From an uncultured Nitrospiraceae bacterium (GTDB taxonomy: Bacteria; Nitrospirota; Nitrospiria; Nitrospirales; Nitrospiraceae), in assembly GCA_963846575.1 (NCBI GenBank), contig CAWJWJ010000002.1:288001-352000 (forward strand): 64,000 nucleotides of DNA, written 5' to 3'. Shown here piece by piece: positions 57,469 to 64,000 of this stretch (the stretch's first letter is position 1; each line of letters begins with the position of its first letter). Made by a program: the position numbers and the translations under genes. Under the pieces are notes generated by a model, which had not been told where the DNA came from, made no database searches, and was given only the letters and a program-made list of their open reading frames with translations.

Positions 57469-59454
57469 TTGACGGTCGATCGGCTGGCCTGCCAGGACCT
57501 CAGTCGAGCGCTCGGCCTGGAATGGCTGGAGACGAATGGGCGGGGCGGTTACGCGTCGGGGACCATTGCCGGGGCGAATACACGCCGCTATCACGCATTG
57601 CTGCTGGTCGCCAGGCGCCCACCGGTCGATCGCGTCGTGTTGGTCAACCATCTCGAGGAATGGGTCGAGGCGGCCGGTCACTCCTTCCCGCTCTCGACGA
57701 ACCTGTACCGCGGGGCGGTGCATCCCGAAGGCTACAAGTACTGTGAAGGATTTTCTCCCGACCCCTGGCCCACCTGGCGATATCGGTCCCGGGACATTCT
57801 CCTCGAGCGGGAAGTGTTGTGTCCGCATGACCGCGACATGGTGGTCGTACGGTGGCGACTGCTCGATCGGGCGGTTTCGGGCGCGGTTCTACGAGTCAGA
57901 CCGATGCTCTCGGGCCGCGAATACCATGCCACACATCACGAGAACCCTGCCGTCCACGGTCAGGCCTCAACCGATGCGGGCCAGGTGACCTGGCAGCCGT
58001 ACGAGGGCATGCCTGCGGTACATGCGTTCCACAACGCACAGTACCGACATGGGCCGGAGTGGTACCGCGAGGTGGACTATCCGATTGAGCGAGGGCGCGG
58101 GCTGGATCAGGCCGAGGACTGGTGGTCACCTGGCGAATGGGTGTTTCTCCTGACTCCAGGAGGCGCGGCGGAGCTTGTGTTTACGACTGAGAGTCTGCAG
58201 TCCATCGATGTGCTGCGGATTATGGCTCAGGAGCGTCGGCGTCGCGAGGCGCTGCGGGCAGTGGTGCCGACCGACGATCCCTTGACGCGCAGGCTCTGGA
58301 CTGCGAGCGCGGCGTACCTGGCACGGCGAGGAGCGCAGCAGACTGTAATCGCCGGATATCCCTGGTTCACCGACTGGGGCCGCGATACGTTTATCGCCTT
58401 ACCGGGACTCTGCCTGGTGACAGGCCGTTACGATGTGGCCCGACAGGTCATCGAGGCCTTCGCCTCACAGGTCTCGCAGGGCATGGTGCCAAACCGATTT
58501 CCCGAGGCCGGCGAGCAGCCTGAGTACAATACGATCGATGCGTCGCTCTGGTTCGTCCACGCTGTGGGGCGCTACCTTCACTACAGCGGAGACCTTGCCG
58601 GGATACGCCGGATAGCCTGGCCGGCGGTCAAAGAGATCCTGGAACGGTATCGGCGCGGCACGAGGTTCGGAATTCGTATGGACCATGACGGATTGATCAT
58701 GAGCGGATCGGACGGCGCGCAGCTCACGTGGATGGATGCCCGGATCGGAGACGAGGTGGTGACGCCCCGTCAGGGCAAGCCGGTAGAGATTCAGGCGCTT
58801 TGGGTGAGGGGACTGGCGGTCGCAGCGGACCTGGCCACACAGTTCGTCGAGCCGGATTATGCGGCGCAATGCGCGGTGGATCGTGGCCGTGCCATCGCCT
58901 CATTTCGTGCCCGGTTCTGGTACGAGACTGGGGGATATCTGTTCGATCTGGTGGACGGAAGAAGCGGCGACGATGCCTCGCTCCGTCCAAATCAAATCTT
59001 TGCATTGGCCCTGGATGGCGACTTGGTTCCCGAACCGCGCGCGCGACTGATACTTCAGCTCATCAAGGAGCGGTTGCTCACACCAGTCGGGTTGCGCACC
59101 CTGGCGCCGGAGGATATCCGGTTCCGTGCCTCCTATCGTGGAGGGATGGCCGAGCGGGATGCCGCCTATCATCAAGGCACCGTCTGGCCTTTCCTCCTCG
59201 GTCCGTTCGTGACGGCTTGGGTCAAGACGTATGGCGGCAGTTCCTCCGTCCGCGGCGAAGCGCGAACCTTTCTCGACGGATTGCTTCCCCATCTGGAGGA
59301 GAGTTGCCTCGGGCAGATCTCGGAGATCTTCGACGGGCACAAGCCGCACTACTCCCGGGGTTGTTTCGCGCAAGCCTGGTCAGTAGCCGAACCATTACGG
59401 GCCTTGATTGAAGATATTGGAGTGGATCGAGACAAGCGGTCCACCGGTCGCTGA
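57469..59454 (+). CDS. Amylo-alpha-1,6-glucosidase / glycogen debranching enzyme
   Basis: EWLETNG.GGYA, AGYPWFTDWGRD, LTWMDA, RPNQ, YHQGTVWP, QAWSVAE. Confidence 0.92.
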   Translation: MTVDRLACQDLSRALGLEWLETNGRGGYASGTIAGANTRRYHALLLVARRPPVDRVVLVNHLEEWVEAAGHSFPLSTNLYRGAVHPEGYKYCEGFSPDPWPTWRYRSRDILLEREVLCPHDRDMVVVRWRLLDRAVSGAVLRVRPMLSGREYHATHHENPAVHGQASTDAGQVTWQPYEGMPAVHAFHNAQYRHGPEWYREVDYPIERGRGLDQAEDWWSPGEWVFLLTPGGAAELVFTTESLQSIDVLRIMAQERRRREALRAVVPTDDPLTRRLWTASAAYLARRGAQQTVIAGYPWFTDWGRDTFIALPGLCLVTGRYDVARQVIEAFASQVSQGMVPNRFPEAGEQPEYNTIDASLWFVHAVGRYLHYSGDLAGIRRIAWPAVKEILERYRRGTRFGIRMDHDGLIMSGSDGAQLTWMDARIGDEVVTPRQGKPVEIQALWVRGLAVAADLATQFVEPDYAAQCAVDRGRAIASFRARFWYETGGYLFDLVDGRSGDDASLRPNQIFALALDGDLVPEPRARLILQLIKERLLTPVGLRTLAPEDIRFRASYRGGMAERDAAYHQGTVWPFLLGPFVTAWVKTYGGSSSVRGEARTFLDGLLPHLEESCLGQISEIFDGHKPHYSRGCFAQAWSVAEPLRALIEDIGVDRDKRSTGR

Positions 59455-59609
59455 GTTAGGCCTGTTGGTCCGTATCATGGTGGGCCACTTCTCCCGCCAC
59501 GTATTTTCAGCGATCTACTCCCAATCTTTCGTCGTTGTGCCGGGCAAAAATGTTGACAGCGGGAGAAACGATCCGGTAAGGATAGGATAGGCCATTCGAC
59601 ACTTTGTGT

Positions 59610-60098
59610 ATGAAAACGTCCGCACTCATAGTCTTGACTCTGCTTCTGGCTGGCTGCCAGTTGTTTCAGCCCTCTGACCGTTCGGCTGCCTCATCACCGG
59701 TTCCCGTCATGTCCATGTGGGAATTGTATCGGCATTGCCAATCGAGCGGCGATGTCGAAACTGTGCTATCTGCCGCGAGGCAACTCCAACAATCGGCCGA
59801 TACCCATGTGGTTTCCGCTTCAGAAGTTCCCAAGAGCCTTGATCGATTCGTAACGAAGCAACCGGTGCGCACCACCGTCGATCCCAAGGCTCTGGCGGCA
59901 TCCTGTACTCTGCAGGCCGCCAGGACGAGCTTGAGCGCAGGACGGGAAAAAGAAGCCGAGCAGCTCCTCCACGCGGTAGTGTCGAGTTATCCCGAAAGTG
60001 ACTACACATTTTATGTCGCGAAGGCGAAGGTCTGGATCGAAGAGCTGCATCGACCCGGCACGATTGATAGGGTGATCCATCCCATTTCCATCAACTGA
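59610..60098 (+). CDS. Hypothetical lipoprotein with C-terminal TPR-like helices
   Basis: MKT..LLLAGC lipobox; A.QLL..VV..YP.S.Y...A. Confidence 0.78.
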   Translation: MKTSALIVLTLLLAGCQLFQPSDRSAASSPVPVMSMWELYRHCQSSGDVETVLSAARQLQQSADTHVVSASEVPKSLDRFVTKQPVRTTVDPKALAASCTLQAARTSLSAGREKEAEQLLHAVVSSYPESDYTFYVAKAKVWIEELHRPGTIDRVIHPISIN

Positions 60099-60409
60099 CC
60101 GACCGTTGCCCTCCGGCTCTTGAATCTATCGCAGTACATTTCTGAACCCCCGCTCAGAATACCCCGCGACTGCTTCTCTATCGTTTAGTACAGGCCTTTG
60201 GGGCCAGCCTCTAATTAGCCTCTCCCGTCCACTGTGAATCGCCGGCTTTTGTGAAGGAGGCGATGTTTTCAGCGTGCCTCCGGCTCCTCGCCAGCCGACC
60301 CGTCGGAATCCAGTATTGACAGATCAGTGCTCTCCCCGTAGGCTCGCGCGTCACGGAGGCGGCCGGACGCCGTATACAATGCTGTCAGACAGGATAAGGG
60401 AGGTCTTTG

Positions 60410-60961
60410 ATGGTGAGGGCAATGGCGGGTTTTGGATGGAAGATGGGATATGTCGGTGTTGTGACGGGGACCCTGTTACTGGTCGGTGGAGCGCCGGGTG
60501 CAGCCAAGGCGGCTGAGGATCTGCCGAAAGAATCACTGTTGCCCGTGGCATTGGCGGGAAAGGCCGTGCAAGCTGCGCTTGAGGTCTGCAAGAAGGATGG
60601 TTATCGGGTGAGCGCCTCGGTCGTGGATCGCGCAGGCATTTTGCGAGCCATGATGCGTGCGGATGGCGCCGGTCCGCACACGGTCGATAGCAGCCGAAAG
60701 AAGGCCTATACCGCTGCCAGCCTGCGACGCCCGACAACGGAGCTGGCTGAGATGATTGCCAAACAGCCGGCCCTGCAGGCTCTGCGGGATATGAATGACA
60801 GCATTCTCATGGTCGGTGGCGGCCTGCCGATTGAAATTGCCGGTGAAGTGGTGGGGGCAATCGGAGTCGGGGGCGCGCCTGGAGCCCATCTGGACGATGC
60901 CTGCGCCGAGGCCGGTCTCGACGCGATCGGAGCGGCTCCCAAGGTACCCGCCGCCAAATGA
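60410..60961 (+). CDS. Secreted GlcG/HbpS-family heme-binding protein
   Basis: VSASVVDRAG, R.DGAGPHT...S.KKAYTA, GGLPI..GAIGVGGAPG..DD.CA; GGGAGG SD. Confidence 0.9.
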   Translation: MVRAMAGFGWKMGYVGVVTGTLLLVGGAPGAAKAAEDLPKESLLPVALAGKAVQAALEVCKKDGYRVSASVVDRAGILRAMMRADGAGPHTVDSSRKKAYTAASLRRPTTELAEMIAKQPALQALRDMNDSILMVGGGLPIEIAGEVVGAIGVGGAPGAHLDDACAEAGLDAIGAAPKVPAAK

Positions 60962-61416
60962 CAGGGCTGCGAGGACCAGGCTGGAGTGTGGTCTGTCTGG
61001 TCCTCCTGCTCGCGGCTTGTAACAGTGATCGTCCCGAGCCTGCCGAAGTCAGGATTCCAGCTGCCGATGCCCGCATCCGACTCATTCGTACCGCCACCCA
61101 TCCGTTTCTTGCCCGCTATCGATTGACATTGGAAATTGACGGTCCGCGGGGGTGCAGAGGCACGGCCGAGCTGTTTCCGGATACCGGCTACGTGGGACGC
61201 CGGAACCTTTATCAGCAGGCGTCTGGCGCGATCATAGTGTTAGGCCAGTACGACGCCCGTGTGATCGAACCGGACCGCTGTGGTATTCGGCTGGTGGAAT
61301 TTCAATCACTGAGTGGCCCGACCACGTTCCTGGGTTCGTTTGACGTGGATGCGCAGAAGCGGTGGCGGTATGTCCCCTCGACGGAGAGGGCTGAGCGCTC
61401 GTTTGAAAAACGCTGA
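60958..61416 (+). CDS. Hypothetical lipoprotein
   Basis: Lipobox LAAC; ATGA overlap with upstream gene. Confidence 0.72.
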   Translation: MTGLRGPGWSVVCLVLLLAACNSDRPEPAEVRIPAADARIRLIRTATHPFLARYRLTLEIDGPRGCRGTAELFPDTGYVGRRNLYQQASGAIIVLGQYDARVIEPDRCGIRLVEFQSLSGPTTFLGSFDVDAQKRWRYVPSTERAERSFEKR

Positions 61417-61607
61417 TTCATCCACTGTAGAAAAGACTGGATCTCTATCGACTCCTGGTTTGGAGAGACAGGCAACGATCACGAGCCCCGATCGCTATGG
61501 TCACAGTCATGTTCGATGACGGAAGCGGCCCGCGGCGACGCCGCTGGGCCTCAGATTCTGGGTATTCAGTCTTGGAGCGGGAAATGATCCGGCGGTTCGT
61601 TTCTGAT

Positions 61608-62507
61608 CTACCGATTCGATCGGTTTTTGAAGGTCAGTTCGGCCACTGCAGACTTGTCCAGTTCCCCCTTTTCAAGCTCGATCAACCGGCGATATTGTTT
61701 GTACGTAGCTTGGGCTAGAGGCAGATCCAGGTCAACTTGTCGAGCCAGCGCCAAGGCGATTCCGGAGTCTTTGGCCGCATGGGCAGCCGAGAAGAAACAT
61801 TCGTGAGCCCGATGCTGCATGTCTTCCCCGTCGGTCTCGAGTACGCGAGAATTGGCACCTGTCTGAGAGAACACTTCCCGGAGCATGCGAAGGTCCAACC
61901 CGAGGGCCGATCCCAGTCCCAGGCCCTCCGCCAGTGCAGCCGTATTCGCGTTCATCACCATGTTGACGAGAGCCTTAACTTTGGCGGCTTCGCCGGCCGG
62001 TCCGATATAACGAAGGTGGGCGCTGAGGTCTTGGAGCATCGGTCGCGCCCGTTCGAACGCATCAGGGCGACCACCGCACATTAAATACAGAGTTCCTTCG
62101 CGCGCTTGCGTGATGCTGCTCGCCATGCAGGCTTCGAGACTCTGTCCTCCCTCCTGCTCTACCAGGGCTTCAATCTCCCGTTGGGTGTCAGGTGAGAGTG
62201 TGGCGCAATTGATGAACAGGCGATTGGTAGCCTGTCGCAACAAACTGTCAGGCCCTCCGGCGGAGAAGATCGAACGCATCGCGCCATCATCCGACACGAC
62301 AGTCAGCACGGTGTTTGCCAGTCCTGCAAGGTGCGCTGGTGTAAGGGCCGATTGGCACTCCAGTTCCTTGGCCAGATTTTCAGCTCGTTGCGCGTCGACA
62401 TCATATACGGCCGCAATGGGGTACTGGAGCTCGCGCAGTCTCCTGGCCATATTGGCCCCCATACGCCCCACTCCTACGATTCCGATACGATAGCCGGATT
62501 TTGTCAT
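61608..62507 (-). CDS. NAD(P)-dependent beta-hydroxyacid dehydrogenase family protein
   Basis: GIVGVGRMGANMA, G.L.LMCGG, K.LVN, AKDS; GGGAGG SD. Confidence 0.9.
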   Translation of the reverse strand: MTKSGYRIGIVGVGRMGANMARRLRELQYPIAAVYDVDAQRAENLAKELECQSALTPAHLAGLANTVLTVVSDDGAMRSIFSAGGPDSLLRQATNRLFINCATLSPDTQREIEALVEQEGGQSLEACMASSITQAREGTLYLMCGGRPDAFERARPMLQDLSAHLRYIGPAGEAAKVKALVNMVMNANTAALAEGLGLGSALGLDLRMLREVFSQTGANSRVLETDGEDMQHRAHECFFSAAHAAKDSGIALALARQVDLDLPLAQATYKQYRRLIELEKGELDKSAVAELTFKNRSNR

Positions 62508-62667
62508 CCGCGACCTCCCGGTAAACATGCTACCCTGCGGCTGGACGCGCAGTGTAGCACAGTCCGTTTCAGGGCCGGAATCTGACGGGCAGTCCTTCCT
62601 GCAGCATGCCGTGCAGCATGGCGCTGGATCGTCTGTCCGGCATGACGCCGGAATAATGGGGTCATCC

Positions 62668-62859
62668 TTGCAGCAGAACATCGTGGGGTACCATCAGGAC
62701 GAAGAAGGCCACTGGGTAGCTGATCTTCGCTGCGGTCATGGCCAGCATGTGCGGCATCAGCCGCCTATGACCAGCCGTCCTTGGGTATTGACCGAGGATG
62801 GGCGGCGAAGCTTTTTGGGCACGTCGTTAGATTGTAAACAATGCGACGAGGATCGGTAG
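62668..62859 (+). CDS. DUF3565-like small Cys/His protein
   Basis: IVGYHQDEEGHWVADLRCGHGQHVRHQPP...RPWV...LDCKQCD; start TTG 62668 or ATG 62656. Confidence 0.8.
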   Translation: MQQNIVGYHQDEEGHWVADLRCGHGQHVRHQPPMTSRPWVLTEDGRRSFLGTSLDCKQCDEDR

Positions 62860-62958
62860 TGGCGAGGCTCCGCCATGGCTTCATGGAAGCACCATGGGGG
62901 AGCCGGATGAGTTGGCGTGATGACTTCGAAGGGTGGAGGGTGGGATGGGTAGGGTGCT

Positions 62959-63801
62959 CTAGCCCCAGATCCATCCAAACCAGGACGTCAACCATTCCGT
63001 CATGCTCGAATACCAGGATTCGTCCTGCGGGATAGTTTGCGGCACAGATGGTGTACCGGTTGTGGGTGATGCACCGGTTACCGGTATTGATGCGACCTGT
63101 GATGAGGTTTTTAGTGGTACGGGTGCCGCCACGGATGGCCCCGAGGCCCGAGGTGCCGATGTCGACGGACCCATATCGGAAAGTGAGGGAGACTCAGGCT
63201 GAGGCGGCGCCGCCGCGGTGGGGGAGAACGGCACGAAGCCATCCGTCTGAGAGGGTTGAGGTGTGATGACTGCCACCATGTGAGGTTCCTGCTGGATGCG
63301 GTCCACAGTGGCCGCGTGAGCCTCGAAGGAAGTCGGCATGCTTGCCAATTCCCGCTCGTACTGCGTTGTGAGGGCTTCCAATTTTTTCTCGTAGCGTTTC
63401 GTCTCGGATATTTCTTTCAGCATGACTTGATGCCGGGCCCGGAGGACGGCAATGTTGTGCTGTAAGGTCGCCAGCTTGGCTTGATTGGTTTTTTTGATCT
63501 CTTCGTACGAGGCTTTGATTTTCTGCAACTCGCTTTTCAAGGCGGACAGTGTCTGTTCCGCCCGCTGGTTGGCGACTTGAGCCACATCCCGTTGCCCCTC
63601 AAGGCCCTGGACCTCCGCCCTGAACTGGTCGAGTTCCTTGGCTCGCGTCTCGGCTTCTTGCCTGGCACCCTCGTATGTCTGTTGTGAAACGCATCCTCCC
63701 AGTGTCAGGATGGCACTCCCGAGCATCCAGCAGAAAGCGACCTGCGGGACATTCGGGAAAGGAACAGTTGTGGACTTTCGACGCGCAGCAATCAAATGCA
63801 T
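62959..63801 (-). CDS. Coiled-coil lipoprotein with Pro/Ser linker and Trp-rich C-terminus
   Basis: Lipobox LGGC-VSQQTY; long heptad region; GAGGGA SD. Confidence 0.72.
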   Translation of the reverse strand: MHLIAARRKSTTVPFPNVPQVAFCWMLGSAILTLGGCVSQQTYEGARQEAETRAKELDQFRAEVQGLEGQRDVAQVANQRAEQTLSALKSELQKIKASYEEIKKTNQAKLATLQHNIAVLRARHQVMLKEISETKRYEKKLEALTTQYERELASMPTSFEAHAATVDRIQQEPHMVAVITPQPSQTDGFVPFSPTAAAPPQPESPSLSDMGPSTSAPRASGPSVAAPVPLKTSSQVASIPVTGASPTTGTPSVPQTIPQDESWYSSMTEWLTSWFGWIWG

Positions 63802-64000
63802 GGGACATCCCTCACAAGTTCGTGCAGTGCCAAGAAACTCAATAGGTGGTTCACCCGAGCGAAGCGACGTTCTTCCTGGTTAATTTTTCAGAAAAGTCAA
63901 AAAACGGCAAAAGATTTCAGGAAAACTGCAGAGAGCGGGAAGAGGACGCGAAGCGTCGACGGGGTGAGTCCGTCGTTATTGAATCGTCACGCAGTCTTCG

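Overview
GC-rich bacterial chromosomal window; the gene content and order look Nitrospira-like (inference, no database check). About 60 CDS, with no rRNA, tRNA, CRISPR array, IS or integrase seen. 1-32 kb is mostly housekeeping: ileS-lspA, uppP, a MacAB-type efflux operon, pyrD, bioB, rplU-rpmA-obgE-proB-nadD-rsfS-lapB-like, ilvE, gap-pgk-tpiA-secG and mutS2. It also holds an unusual operon with its own promoter (excisionase-like HTH, orphan MraZ paralog, RusA) next to comF. The best candidate for an undescribed system is a 14 kb signalling block (32.5-46.7 kb). Two inward-facing two-component systems bracket it, and their kinases share a paralogous periplasmic sensor with a conserved His/Cys motif; one pairs with a NarL-type regulator, the other with a sigma54 activator. 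Inside are three small secreted proteins behind a tandem operator-like repeat, a heme-c (DUF3365-like) protein coupled to a trypsin-FGE fusion, and a CHASE2 adenylate cyclase-SH3-M48 peptidase module. 46-64 kb holds queG, thiI, trxB, coaE, a glucosidase/debranching pair, an HbpS/GlcG-like protein and several lipoproteins. Domain calls come from motif recognition by eye, and several starts were moved from the ORF track using SD and promoter context.
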